From an uncultured Chloroflexia bacterium (GTDB lineage Bacteria; Chloroflexota; Limnocylindria; QHBO01): a stretch of 64,000 bases of DNA. Made by a program: the position numbers and the translations under genes. The notes beneath the pieces are model-generated. The model did not search any database. It saw nothing but the letters and a program-made list of their open reading frames with translations, and was not told the DNA's origin. This document shows, in pieces, positions 1-9,331 of the stretch (its first letter is position 1; each line of letters begins with the position of its first letter). The stretch covers positions 96,001 to 160,000 of the forward strand of contig CAWFCQ010000004.1 in assembly GCA_963814375.1 (NCBI GenBank). Reading direction: 5' to 3'.

Positions 1-694
1 CGTCGAGTTGCGTCAGACCGATGTCCACGCGCTCGCGGGTGCCGAGGGCCGGTCGATCGAGGACGCCGGTCGGGAGGCACGTTATCGGTTCCTGGAAGAG
101 GTCGCGCCGCCCGGGACGCTGATCGCCACCGCCCACACCGCCGACGACGCTGCCGAGACCGTGCTCCTCAATCTCCTGCGTGGCAGCGGGCTGGCGGGCG
201 TTCGCGGCATCCCGGCGCGGCGCGGCCGGATCGTGCGACCGCTGCTCGGCGAGCGACGAGCGACGCTGCGCGGTCTGCTCGACGCGGCCGGCATCGGCTA
301 CCGGGATGACCCGTCCAACGAGGATCCGACATTCCTTCGCAACCGCGTGCGAGCCGAGCTCCTTCCACTGCTCGAGGAGCTGCGACCGGGAGCGGTTGAT
401 CGCATCGGCAGCTTCGCGCGCCTGGCGGCCGATGACGACGCGCTGCTCGACGAGATAGCGGCGGCCGAGCTGGCACGACGGCGAACCGAGGCCGGCGAGA
501 TCGATTGGCACGACCCGCCCGCCGATGCGCTGGCGCGGCGAGTGGTGCGCCTTGCGATCGGCGAGCCGGCGCCGAGCGCCGAGCGCGTCGAGGCCCTGCT
601 CGAGGCCGCGGCCGGCGATCGCGGTGGAGTGACAGTCGAGCTGGGCGGCGGCAGGGTCGCATCGGTGCGGGAGAGGCGAATCCGGATCGGTTGA
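1..694 (+). CDS. tilS: tRNA(Ile)-lysidine synthetase, 5' part outside window; short C-terminus
   Basis: Motifs EDAGREARY, ATAHTADDAAET, RPLL, DDPSNED, RNRVR; sits upstream of ftsH; frame is open to the left edge. Confidence 0.92.
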   Translation, partial: VELRQTDVHALAGAEGRSIEDAGREARYRFLEEVAPPGTLIATAHTADDAAETVLLNLLRGSGLAGVRGIPARRGRIVRPLLGERRATLRGLLDAAGIGYRDDPSNEDPTFLRNRVRAELLPLLEELRPGAVDRIGSFARLAADDDALLDEIAAAELARRRTEAGEIDWHDPPADALARRVVRLAIGEPAPSAERVEALLEAAAGDRGGVTVELGGGRVASVRERRIRIG

Positions 695-749
695 GCCAAA
701 CCGGCAACCCAGTACGTATAGAAGGTACCGGTGACCCCTGATCGGCCGT

Positions 750-778
750 TTGTTCGGGTCTCAGGGCGCACCTATACT
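750..778 (+). promoter_or_regulatory. Putative sigma70-type promoter of ftsH
   Basis: TTGTTC (750-755), 17 bp spacer, TATACT (773-778). Confidence 0.5.
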
Positions 779-861
779 GGCGCGGCTCGAGGGGTCATCC
801 TCTGGAGCCGGTGACGGCCGCGGGCCGGCGCCGAACGCACGGAGGCGAAAGCAGACCCACA

Positions 862-2817
862 TTGACCAGTCGCATCGTTCGCAACAGCGTCGTGCTCGTC
901 GTCCTGGCCGTCTTTGGATTGGCCGTCCTGTGGACGTTCATGAGCGGCGGCGAGACGGGCGAGACCTACACCTACAGCCAGCTCCTCGATGACGTGGCCG
1001 CCGGGCGGATCGAGTCGATCACCCAGGAGGGCACGACCCTCACCGTCCTCACGCGCGACGGCGAGGAGCTCACCACGACCGTCGCCTCCTCCGACATCAA
1101 TTACCGCGAAGAGGTGTTCGCCGCGTGCGGCGAGAGCTGCGGCGACCTGAGCTTCGACTACGTGCAGCCCAGCGCGGCCGGCGGGATCCTGACGCTCCTG
1201 ATCAGTGCGCTGCTGCCGGTCCTGCTCATCGGCGGCTTCATCTTCTTCATGATGCGGCAGGCGCAGGGCACCAATAACCAGGCCATGAGCTTCGGCAAGA
1301 GCCGGGCTCGCATGTTCCTCGGCAACAAGACCGTCGTCACCTTCAACGACGTCGCCGGCGTTGACGAGGCGAAGCAGGAGCTGACCGAGGTGGTCGAGTT
1401 CCTCAAGTACCCCGAGAAGTTCAACAGCCTCGGCGCCCGCATCCCGCGCGGCGTCCTGCTGGTGGGGCCGCCCGGCACCGGCAAGACCCTCCTCGCACGC
1501 GCGGTCGCCGGCGAGGCGGGGGTGCCGTTCTTCAGCATCTCCGGCTCCGAGTTCGTCGAGATGTTCGTGGGTGTCGGCGCGAGCCGCGTGCGCGACCTCT
1601 TCGAGCAGGCCAAGCGCAACTCCCCGTGCATCGTCTTCGTCGACGAGATCGATGCCGTCGGGCGCCAGCGCGGCGCCGGCCTCGGTGGCTCGCACGACGA
1701 GCGGGAGCAGACCCTCAACCAGATCCTGGTCGAGATGGACGGCTTCGACACGAACACCAACGTGATCGTGGTGGCCGCCACCAACCGTCCCGACGTCCTC
1801 GACCCGGCGCTCCTCCGTCCGGGCCGGTTCGACCGACAGGTCGTCCTCGACCGCCCCGACATCAAGGGTCGCAAGGAGATCCTCTCGGTCCACATCAAGG
1901 GCAAGCCGCTCGACAAGACCGTCGACATCGAGGCCCTCGGTCGGCGCTCGCCGGGCTTCTCCGGTGCGGACCTCGCCAACCTCGTCAACGAGGCGGCCAT
2001 CCTGGCCGCGCGCCGCAACAAGAAGAGCATCGGCGCCGACGAGTTCAACGAGGCGATCGACCGGGTCATCGCCGGACCCGAGCGACGCAGCCGGATCATC
2101 ACCGAGGAGGAGAAGGAGATCATCGCCTACCACGAGGGCGGTCACGCCGTCGTGCAGCGCGTGCTTCCCAAGTGCGACCCGGTCACCAAGGTGACGATCG
2201 TGTCGCGCGGCATGGCCCTCGGCTACACGATGAGCCTGCCGCAGGAAGACCGATACCTCCACTCGAAGACCGAGTTCGAGGACAAGATCGCCGGCATGCT
2301 GGGCGGGAACGTGTCCGAAACGCTCGTGTTCGGTGACACGACCACGGGCTCCTCGAACGACATCGAGAAGGCCACGAACCTGGCCCGCGCGATGGTCACG
2401 CAGTACGGCATGAGCGAGAAGCTCGGCCCGCTGGCCTTCGGCAAGAAGGAGGAGATGGTCTTCCTGGGCCGCGAGATCAGCGAGCAGCGCAACTACTCGG
2501 ACGAGGTTGCCGCCAAGATCGACTCCGAGGTGCGCGAGATCATCGACCGCGCCTTTGAGCGGGCGCGAGAGGCGCTGACGACCCACCGCGACGTGCTCGA
2601 CCGGCTCGCGGTCCTGCTCGTCGAGAAGGAGACGATCGAGTCCGAGGAGTTCGAGGCGCTCTTCGACGGCGTGCTGCCGCCGCGCAGCGGTGGCCCGACG
2701 CCGAAGAGGATCGGCGCGGCCGCCGAGACCGATGGCGTCGAGCCCGATCTCGAGCCCGAGACCGAGGAAGAGGGCGGCAAGCGCCGCCGGCCCGGCCCGG
2801 CACCGCAGCCGGCCTAG
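862..2817 (+). CDS. ftsH: ATP-dependent zinc metalloprotease FtsH
   Basis: Two N-terminal TM segments, Walker A GPPGTGKT, Walker [27 protein letters not shown] zinc motif; probable TTG start at 862 (ORF track starts at 811). Confidence 0.97.
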   Translation: MTSRIVRNSVVLVVLAVFGLAVLWTFMSGGETGETYTYSQLLDDVAAGRIESITQEGTTLTVLTRDGEELTTTVASSDINYREEVFAACGESCGDLSFDYVQPSAAGGILTLLISALLPVLLIGGFIFFMMRQAQGTNNQAMSFGKSRARMFLGNKTVVTFNDVAGVDEAKQELTEVVEFLKYPEKFNSLGARIPRGVLLVGPPGTGKTLLARAVAGEAGVPFFSISGSEFVEMFVGVGASRVRDLFEQAKRNSPCIVFVDEIDAVGRQRGAGLGGSHDEREQTLNQILVEMDGFDTNTNVIVVAATNRPDVLDPALLRPGRFDRQVVLDRPDIKGRKEILSVHIKGKPLDKTVDIEALGRRSPGFSGADLANLVNEAAILAARRNKKSIGADEFNEAIDRVIAGPERRSRIITEEEKEIIAYHEGGHAVVQRVLPKCDPVTKVTIVSRGMALGYTMSLPQEDRYLHSKTEFEDKIAGMLGGNVSETLVFGDTTTGSSNDIEKATNLARAMVTQYGMSEKLGPLAFGKKEEMVFLGREISEQRNYSDEVAAKIDSEVREIIDRAFERAREALTTHRDVLDRLAVLLVEKETIESEEFEALFDGVLPPRSGGPTPKRIGAAAETDGVEPDLEPETEEEGGKRRRPGPAPQPA

Positions 2818-2838
2818 GCCAGCTCTTCGACCAACGTG

Positions 2839-2866
2839 CTGAGGCCCGCCCGGAGGCGGGCCTCAG
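2839..2866. terminator. Hairpin between convergent ftsH and zinc-ribbon genes, probable bidirectional terminator
   Basis: Perfect 12 bp stem CTGAGGCCCGCC / GGCGGGCCTCAG with CGGA loop; no U tract. Confidence 0.7.
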
Positions 2867-2869
2867 TCG

Positions 2870-3310
2870 TCAGCCCTTGCCGGTGAGGCGGTCCCAGAAC
2901 GACGGTCCGCCGCCCTTGAGGTCGTCGAGGAAGTTGCCCCACTCGGCCTCCGCCTTCACCGCGCGCTCCAGGCCCTCGACGCGCTCCTCGACGATCTCGC
3001 GCACCCGGATGGCCTCACCCTCGTCCAGCCAGAACCCGTGCTTGCTGTCGCACACGTCGAGCTCGAGGTTATAGGCGCGATAGTTGAAGGCGCTCATGCG
3101 GTCTCCGCACTTGGGGCAGGGCAGCTCCGATTCGCGCTGCGCGTACTCGATCATGCCCGAGCGTTGCTCGTCGGTCGACTCCACCGTCGATTCGAGCTTC
3201 GCGAGCTCATCCTCATCGAGCCAGCCGCCGCGACATTGCGGACATCGGTCGACATCGATTCCCTTGTGGGTCTCGACCTGGAGCTCGGACTGGTCCCTGG
3301 GACACTGCAC
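2870..3310 (-). CDS. Protein with two zf-TFIIB-like zinc-ribbon repeats
   Basis: CPRD...DRCPQCRGGWLDEDEL and CPKC...DVCDSKHGFWLDEGE; GGAGG upstream on the minus strand. Confidence 0.8.
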   Translation of the reverse strand: MQCPRDQSELQVETHKGIDVDRCPQCRGGWLDEDELAKLESTVESTDEQRSGMIEYAQRESELPCPKCGDRMSAFNYRAYNLELDVCDSKHGFWLDEGEAIRVREIVEERVEGLERAVKAEAEWGNFLDDLKGGGPSFWDRLTGKG

Positions 3311-3494
3311 GCGGCGGCCTCCGTTGTCTGAGTGTTGCCTGAGTGGCTGCGCGAAGGGTAGCGCGCCCGATCACCACGTGGATTACCAGCACCGGCCATC
3401 AACGGAGAACGGAGACCCGAATCGGCCGTGGAAACGACCGAGAATGAGCGGGATGGGTAAGCCACGGCAATAGAGGGCGTTCTCAGTGGCCGAT

Positions 3495-3514
3495 GCTTAC
3501 CAAGTCGGGTAAGC
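3495..3514. promoter_or_regulatory. Inverted repeat, possible operator between divergent genes
   Basis: GCTTACC-N6-GGTAAGC perfect inverted repeat; extra GGGTAAGC half-site at 3455-3462. Confidence 0.45.
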
Positions 3515-3569
3515 GGGTCTTGCGGCATCGGTTCGCGGTAGTCCGATCGGGTCATTGGTGGACTAGGAG

Positions 3570-4748
3570 GTGAGCCGTATACTCGCTCGCGTGTTGCGTG
3601 CAGGCACCCCTGCCACGCACCTCATCGAGCCTGAGCGAATGGAGCCTGCCAACCCCATGATCGACGAGCCGGTCGCCGCCGAACCCAAGAAGGCTGACCA
3701 ACACGACTGGAAGCTGGATGCTGCGGACGGGACGCTCCTTCCTCGTTCGGCGCTGGACGTGCTGACACGCCTCAACGAGCGGGTCGCGAAGGGCAGCATC
3801 GAGGACCTCGTGCCGATCGCAACCGGCTTCGTGCCGATGGACAAGACGATCGGCGGCGGCCTCCGGCCGGGCGAGCTCATGCTCATCGGCGGCGCGCAGG
3901 GTCAGGGCAAGACCACGATGGCGCTCCAGATGGCGCGCAACATGGCCGCATCGGGCCAGGCGACCGTGCTCTACGTCTGCTTCGAGCATGACGAGGAGTA
4001 CCTGATCCAGCGCATGGTGGCGATGGAGTCAGCGCTCTCGCACCTGCCCAAGAAGTCGGGCGCGGTGAAGATCCAGGACGTCAAGAAGGAGGTCGTCAGC
4101 TCCTACACGACGTCGGCGGAGACCGGCACCAGCGCCAAGCTCGGCGCGAACCCGCGCCTCCGCCCCAGCCTGGAGCGGATCGCCCGCTACGGCTCGAACC
4201 TCTACCTCATGCGCGGCACCGCGACGTCCTCGACGATCGACAACATGCGCGCGCTCGTGAAGGAGCACAGAGGATCCGACGACGAGCGCCGGCTCGTGCT
4301 GTTCGTCGACTACCTCCAGAAGGTCCCGGTGATCCCGGAGCCCTCATCCGAGGAGGAGAAGGTCACGCGGATCGTGTCGGGGCTCAAGGACATCGCCCTG
4401 GCGGAGTCGGTGCCGGTCGTCGCGATCGTCGCCGCCGACCGAGAGGGGCTAAAGGCGAAGCGGCTGCGTAACCATCATCTGCGCGGCTCGTCGGCCATCA
4501 ACTACGAGTCCGACATCATCCTCATCCTCAACGACAAGTACCACATCGTCGCCAAGGTCAACATCGAGTTCAACCCGTACCAGGCCCAGCGCTATCGCGA
4601 CTGGATCATCGCGACGATCGAGAAGAACCGCGGCGGCCAGGACAACGTCGATCTCGAGTTCGAGAAGCTCTTCGAGTACAGCTGCTTCGATCCGACGGGC
4701 CGGATCACGGCCGAGAAGCTGATCGAGGAACGGCTCTTCAACGACTGA
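3570..4748 (+). CDS. DnaB-like (SF4/RecA-fold) ATPase lacking the DnaB N-terminal domain
   Basis: IATGF..D...GGL.PGEL, Walker A GAQGQGKT, catalytic YVCFE, H2 LFVDYLQ, H4 LRGSSAINYESD, KNRGG finger; start uncertain (3570, 3639 or 3657). Confidence 0.85.
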   Translation: MSRILARVLRAGTPATHLIEPERMEPANPMIDEPVAAEPKKADQHDWKLDAADGTLLPRSALDVLTRLNERVAKGSIEDLVPIATGFVPMDKTIGGGLRPGELMLIGGAQGQGKTTMALQMARNMAASGQATVLYVCFEHDEEYLIQRMVAMESALSHLPKKSGAVKIQDVKKEVVSSYTTSAETGTSAKLGANPRLRPSLERIARYGSNLYLMRGTATSSTIDNMRALVKEHRGSDDERRLVLFVDYLQKVPVIPEPSSEEEKVTRIVSGLKDIALAESVPVVAIVAADREGLKAKRLRNHHLRGSSAINYESDIILILNDKYHIVAKVNIEFNPYQAQRYRDWIIATIEKNRGGQDNVDLEFEKLFEYSCFDPTGRITAEKLIEERLFND

Positions 4749-4760
4749 CGACGCCAGCCG

Positions 4761-5216
4761 ATGACGTCCGGTCCGACCATCGACCCGTACACCGTGCTCC
4801 AGGTCATGCCGACCTGTGAGCAGGAGGTCGTTCACGCCGCCTTCAAGGCGCTCGCCCTGAAGTACCACCCCGACCACGACGCAACCCGCCGGGCGGCCGA
4901 CAAGATGGCGCAGCTGAACGCCGCGTACGCCGCGCTCCGCGATGAGCGTGCGCGGGCGTCGCACGACCGGAGCCGCCGCGCGACCATCGCCGGCGTGTCG
5001 ATCGCCAACTCTCCGCGGCCCGGGCCGGTGCCGCCACCGCCATCGGCTTCGCCAGGAAGCGTGCTGGGCTTCGGCCGATACAGCGGATGGAGCCTTCGCG
5101 ATTTGGCGCGGCGCGATCCCGACTACCTCCTGTGGCTCTCCCGCCACTCGTCGGGCATCCGGTACCGCACCGAGATCTACGGCATCTTGCGCACGATGGG
5201 CGTCTCCGCCGCCTGA
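4761..5216 (+). CDS. J-domain protein with Pro-rich linker and C-terminal FG(K/R)Y-type domain
   Basis: DPYTVLQV...KYHPD...LNAAYAAL J-domain; C-terminal FGRYSGWSLRDLARRDPDYLLWL. Confidence 0.85.
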   Translation: MTSGPTIDPYTVLQVMPTCEQEVVHAAFKALALKYHPDHDATRRAADKMAQLNAAYAALRDERARASHDRSRRATIAGVSIANSPRPGPVPPPPSASPGSVLGFGRYSGWSLRDLARRDPDYLLWLSRHSSGIRYRTEIYGILRTMGVSAA

Positions 5217-5236
5217 ACCTCGCCTGCCCGCGCGAA

Positions 5237-5373
5237 CCGAATTCACACCAGGCGTGCGTTAGGCGCGCCTCCCACCCGCCAGTGGTCCGAATTCACATGA
5301 GACGTGCCAAGGGGCGCCTCATTCGTCCGTTCGCGCCGGCCAAGCCTGCATAACGGTCATGCCATGTGAATCC
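5237..5373 (+). repeat. Copy A of a diverged ~136 bp intergenic repeat
   Basis: CCGAATTCACA at 5237 and 5287, inverted TGTGAATCC at 5365; colinear with the reverse complement of 55770-55904. Confidence 0.75.
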
Positions 5374-5411
5374 ATTCACCTGAGCGGCGTCTCGCTTACG
5401 CTGGACCGGCC

Positions 5412-6146
5412 ATGATCGATAAGAGCCCGCCACTCCGCGCCGTCTTCCTCGACATCGGGGAGACGGTCATGCGCCCGAATCCCTCGTGGGAGGACGTCTA
5501 CGCGATCGCCTTTGGCGAGTTCGGCGTCGACGTCGAGATCGGCGAGCTCCACGCCGCATTGCGGCGCGCGTATCGCCACGGGGGATGGGGGATGGAGGAG
5601 GGGTTCGACCCGAACGAGGAGACGAGCTTCCGTCGCACCGTCGAGATCGACGCCGCGGCGATCGCCGAGATGGGCCTCGCACCCATGCCCGATCCCTTCT
5701 TCCGACGCCTCGGCGAGCTCTTCATGGTGACCAGCCACTGGCACATCTATCCCGATGCGTACGCCGCCCTGCTTGCGCTGAAGGAGCGCGAGCTCATCGT
5801 CGGCGCGGTGAGCAACTGGGTCTGGAACCTGCCTGAGCTGCTGCATGCCCTCGACCTGGTGCAGCACTTCGACTTCATCGCCGCATCGGCCCGCATCGGC
5901 TTCGAGAAGCCACACGCGCGCATCTTCGAGTGGGCGCTCGAGCAGGCGAACGTCCCGGCCGCGTCGGTCATCCACGTCGGGGATCACGTCGTCGCCGACA
6001 TCGAGGGCGCCCGTGCGGTGGGCATCGACGGCGTCCTCATCGACCGGGGCGGCCACCATGCGGGCGACGCGGTTCCGGCGGGCACGCCGGTGATCTCCTC
6101 GCTCGAGGAGCTGCTTCCGATCGTGGACGCGAGGATGGGACGATGA
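5412..6146 (+). CDS. HAD-superfamily hydrolase (subfamily IA)
   Basis: Motif I FLDIGET, VSN, EKP, HVGD...DIEGA. Confidence 0.9.
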   Translation: MIDKSPPLRAVFLDIGETVMRPNPSWEDVYAIAFGEFGVDVEIGELHAALRRAYRHGGWGMEEGFDPNEETSFRRTVEIDAAAIAEMGLAPMPDPFFRRLGELFMVTSHWHIYPDAYAALLALKERELIVGAVSNWVWNLPELLHALDLVQHFDFIAASARIGFEKPHARIFEWALEQANVPAASVIHVGDHVVADIEGARAVGIDGVLIDRGGHHAGDAVPAGTPVISSLEELLPIVDARMGR

Positions 6147-6712
6147 GCGAGGCGTGGCGCTGCTTCGTCGCCGTCCCGCTGCCCGACCCGCTGCGGTCGG
6201 CGCTCGTCGCGGCTACCGAGGCGTGGCGCGCGGACACGGCGCTCGCGGGCATGCGCTTCGCCGATATCGACGGTGCGCACCTGACCATCGCCTTCCTCGG
6301 CGCGACAGCACCGGATCGGATTCCAGCGATCTCGGCCGCGCTGAACCGGGTCGCCGGCGCCCATGAGCCGATGCGTCTCGCCACCGGCGGCCTCGGCGCG
6401 TTCCCGTCGAGCGGTCGTGCGCGGGTGCTGTGGTACGGAGTCGACGACTCAGACGGGCGCCTGGCCACGCTGGCGGGCGCGCTTCATCAGGCGCTCGGGC
6501 TCGATGCCCCCACGCGGTATCGTCCCCACGTGACCCTCGCGCGCTCGCGACATCGGCCCATCCCGATCACCGAGTGGCTGCGACACGCCCGCGCGCCCGA
6601 GGGGGAGATCGAGGTCACGCGCCTGGAGCTGATGCGCAGCCACCTCGGACGCGGACCGGCTCGCTACGAGCGGCTCGCCACCGCCGAGCTCCGAGCACCG
6701 GCCCGTGTCTGA
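6143..6712 (+). CDS. thpR: RNA 2',3'-cyclic phosphodiesterase (2H family)
   Basis: RCFVAV N-terminus, two HxT motifs (HLTI, HVTL), GAFP; ATGA overlap with the HAD gene. Confidence 0.88.
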   Translation: MSEAWRCFVAVPLPDPLRSALVAATEAWRADTALAGMRFADIDGAHLTIAFLGATAPDRIPAISAALNRVAGAHEPMRLATGGLGAFPSSGRARVLWYGVDDSDGRLATLAGALHQALGLDAPTRYRPHVTLARSRHRPIPITEWLRHARAPEGEIEVTRLELMRSHLGRGPARYERLATAELRAPARV

Positions 6713-7235
6713 CCAGGCGGTGCGCTCACGACCGCCATACGTGGCGGTGATCGGCGACGGCGAGCCGCATGGGCCGGACGCGCATCGCATCCTCGAATGG
6801 GCCGAGGAAGTCGGCCAGCATCTGGCGCGTGGCGGCGCCGTGGTCGTGACCGGCGGCCTGGGCGGCGTCATGCGTTCCGCCTCGCGCGGCGCCGCCGGAG
6901 CGGGCGGAGAGACGATCGGTATCCTTCCGGGCTCGAATCCCGCCGATGCGAACGAGTTCGTTCGCACGCCGATCGCGACCGGGCTCGGCGTCGTTCGGAA
7001 CCTCGTGGTGGTGACGTCCGCGGACGCGGTCATCGCCATCGGTGGGCGCCACGGCACCTTGTCGGAGATCGGCCTCGCGCTCCGCATGGGCCGGCACGTC
7101 GTGGCGCTCAGCTCGTGGCGGGTCGAGTCAGAACATCGCCTCGGCGGCCCACGCATCCACCGGGCCCGGGACCCGCGCGAAGCGGTCGCGCTCGCCCTCC
7201 GCCTGGCGGCCGCCGGTCCCGACGACCCCGCCTGA
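6705..7235 (+). CDS. LOG/SLOG-family protein (TIGR00725-like)
   Basis: TGGLGGVM, GILPG, RN.VVV.S.DAVIAIGG..GTLSE. Confidence 0.85.
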   Translation: MSDQAVRSRPPYVAVIGDGEPHGPDAHRILEWAEEVGQHLARGGAVVVTGGLGGVMRSASRGAAGAGGETIGILPGSNPADANEFVRTPIATGLGVVRNLVVVTSADAVIAIGGRHGTLSEIGLALRMGRHVVALSSWRVESEHRLGGPRIHRARDPREAVALALRLAAAGPDDPA

Positions 7236-7326
7236 GGAGCTAGTGGACGAGCCCCTGCTGGTCGAGCTGGTAGAGCTCTGCCGGGTCGTACGGCATCTCG
7301 ACCAGCCCGGTCCGTAGACTGGCCGC

Positions 7327-7942
7327 ATGCAAGAACGGGTCCTGGTACTCGAGCGCGGTCTGGTCCCGGGCGGATGCGACTTCCACGGAATCCGCGCGTC
7401 CGGCCCCGCCGACCTGGCCCAGCTCAGGAGCGCCGTCGCCCGCCACGGGATCTACCGCGACCGCGCTCAGGCCGAGGCCGACGCCTCACACAAGCAGCTC
7501 ATCCCGTACGTCGTTGTCCGCGACGGCGCTGCCGTCTTCCTCATGCGCAGAACCGATGCGGGCGGCGACGCGCGGCTCCACGGGAAGGCCAGCATCGGGG
7601 TTGGCGGCCATCTCAATCCGGTCGACGATAGCGAGGACGCGCTGATGGCCGGCCTGCGCCGCGAGTGGCAGGAGGAGCTCGAGACCGACTGGGAGCCGGA
7701 TTTCGAGCCTCGTCGGGCTGCTGAACGACGACGGCAATCCCGTCGGTGCGGTCCACCTCGGCGTCGTCTTCATCGTCGACGCGGCCGGTCGACCGGTGCG
7801 CGTCCGCGAGCACGAAAAGCTGTCCGGCGCCTTCGCCGATGCACGTGAGGTCGCCGCCAGCTGGGATCGGCTCGAGACCTGGTCCCGCCTCGTCGCCGAG
7901 GCGCTGGGACTCGCTGCTCAACCAGCTTCCTCAGCGTCCTGA
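7327..7942 (+). CDS. NUDIX-family phosphoesterase, frameshifted by one extra base near 7708
   Basis: KQLIPY, GGHLN, LRREWQEEL in the first frame; continues as LVGLLNDDGNPVGAVHLG...LETWS in the +1 frame to TGA at 7940-7942. Confidence 0.75.
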
Positions 7943-7964
7943 CAACCGCCGATATACTCGATCC

Positions 7965-9323
7965 ATGCTGCGTCGCGCGCTTGCCGCGCTGAGCCTGGCG
8001 CTCGGCATCATCGGGCTTGCGGCGCCCGTCGGGGCCGCCGACGACCACGTCGCCCAGATCGACCTGAGCGGCGTGATCGACCAGGTCAATGCGGCGTACA
8101 TCGAGGAGGCGCTGGCCGTCGCGGCCGAGGACGAGGCCGCCGCCGCGCTGATCGTGATCGACTCGCCGGGCGGCGAGCTGACGAGCATGGATCGGATCAT
8201 CAAGGCCATCCTCGCCAGCGAGGTCCCGGTCATCGCCTGGGTGGCGCCGGAGGGTGCTCGTGCCGGCTCGGCTGCGACCTTCGTGACGCTGGCTGCGGAT
8301 GTCGCGGCGATGGCGCCGAACACGAACATCGGTGCCGCATCGGTGGTTGGGAGCGGCGGCGAGGACCTGCCCGAGACGCTGTCCGAGAAGATCACCAATG
8401 ACGCCGTCGCCCGCATCCGCGCCCTTGCCAACGACCACGAGCGCAACGCCGATTGGGCCGAGTCGGCGGTGCGGGACGCGGCATCGATCGACGCGAACGA
8501 GGCCGTGGCGATGGAGCCGCCCGTGGTCGACATGGTGGCGAGCACGACCGAGGAGCTCTTCGAGGCGGTCGACAGTGGGCACCGAGCCGACGGGCACGAA
8601 TACACGCACGATGGTGAGCCTCTCCCGCCGCTGTCGGGGCTGCCGATCACGGAGCTCGAGATGAGCCCGGGCCAGGAGTTCCTCCACCTGCTGAGCGATC
8701 CGAACATCGCGTTCCTTCTCTTCACCATCGGCTTCTACGGGATCGTGGCCGAGCTGTTCCACCCCAACTTCTTCTCGGGCATCCTGGGAGCGATCGCGAT
8801 CGTCGTCGCGCTGATCGGCTCGAATGCACTTCCGCTCAACGTCGGCAGCCTCCTGCTCGTGCTCGGTGGCATCGGCCTGCTGGCCCTCGAGGCGGTCGTG
8901 GCGAGCTACGGGCTGCTGACCGTCGGGGGCGTCGTCGCCATCGTGCTCGGTGCGTTCGGGCTCTGGACTGGGGTGCGACCGAACGAGTTCGCCTTCGACG
9001 TCAGCGTCAGTCCGTGGATCATCGGGGTGGTGATCGCGGTCGGCATCGCCTACGCGTGGGTCATCGTCCGCGCCCTGATGGAGATGCGCCGCGCTGGGGG
9101 TGTGGCGAACAGGCCGGTGGCGGCGCTCGTCGGGAGGACCGCCACCGCGCAGACGGTCATCGCGCCGACGGGGATCGCATATGCTGACGGCGAGAGCTGG
9201 TCGGCGCGCAGCACCGCTGTGGAGATCCGTGCCGGCACCCCGCTGCGCGTCATCGGCGTGGATGGGCTCCAGCTGATCGTCGAGCCCGCTGCCGCGGGCG
9301 ACGCGGGACCAACGGAGGGATAG
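7965..9323 (+). CDS. nfeD: NfeD-family membrane serine protease (long form)
   Basis: Signal peptide, IDSPGG, AGSAA, MAPNTNIGAA ClpP-like domain, TM bundle, C-terminal OB fold (GESWSARS); upstream of an SPFH gene. Confidence 0.9.
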   Translation: MLRRALAALSLALGIIGLAAPVGAADDHVAQIDLSGVIDQVNAAYIEEALAVAAEDEAAAALIVIDSPGGELTSMDRIIKAILASEVPVIAWVAPEGARAGSAATFVTLAADVAAMAPNTNIGAASVVGSGGEDLPETLSEKITNDAVARIRALANDHERNADWAESAVRDAASIDANEAVAMEPPVVDMVASTTEELFEAVDSGHRADGHEYTHDGEPLPPLSGLPITELEMSPGQEFLHLLSDPNIAFLLFTIGFYGIVAELFHPNFFSGILGAIAIVVALIGSNALPLNVGSLLLVLGGIGLLALEAVVASYGLLTVGGVVAIVLGAFGLWTGVRPNEFAFDVSVSPWIIGVVIAVGIAYAWVIVRALMEMRRAGGVANRPVAALVGRTATAQTVIAPTGIAYADGESWSARSTAVEIRAGTPLRVIGVDGLQLIVEPAAAGDAGPTEG

Positions 9324-9331
9324 CGCAAGTC

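Noticed and set aside
3570-4748. The replicative helicase dnaB
   Set aside because: No N-terminal domain, altered H3 motif and no replication-gene context
5237-5373. CCGAATTCACA repeats as a mini CRISPR array
   Set aside because: Only two 11 nt direct repeats, the spacer is conserved between distant copies, and there are no cas genes
5364-5381. TGTGA-N6-TCACC as a CRP/FNR or Rex operator for the HAD gene
   Set aside because: The left half belongs to the repeat element and copy B lacks the right half, so the match may be incidental; not excluded
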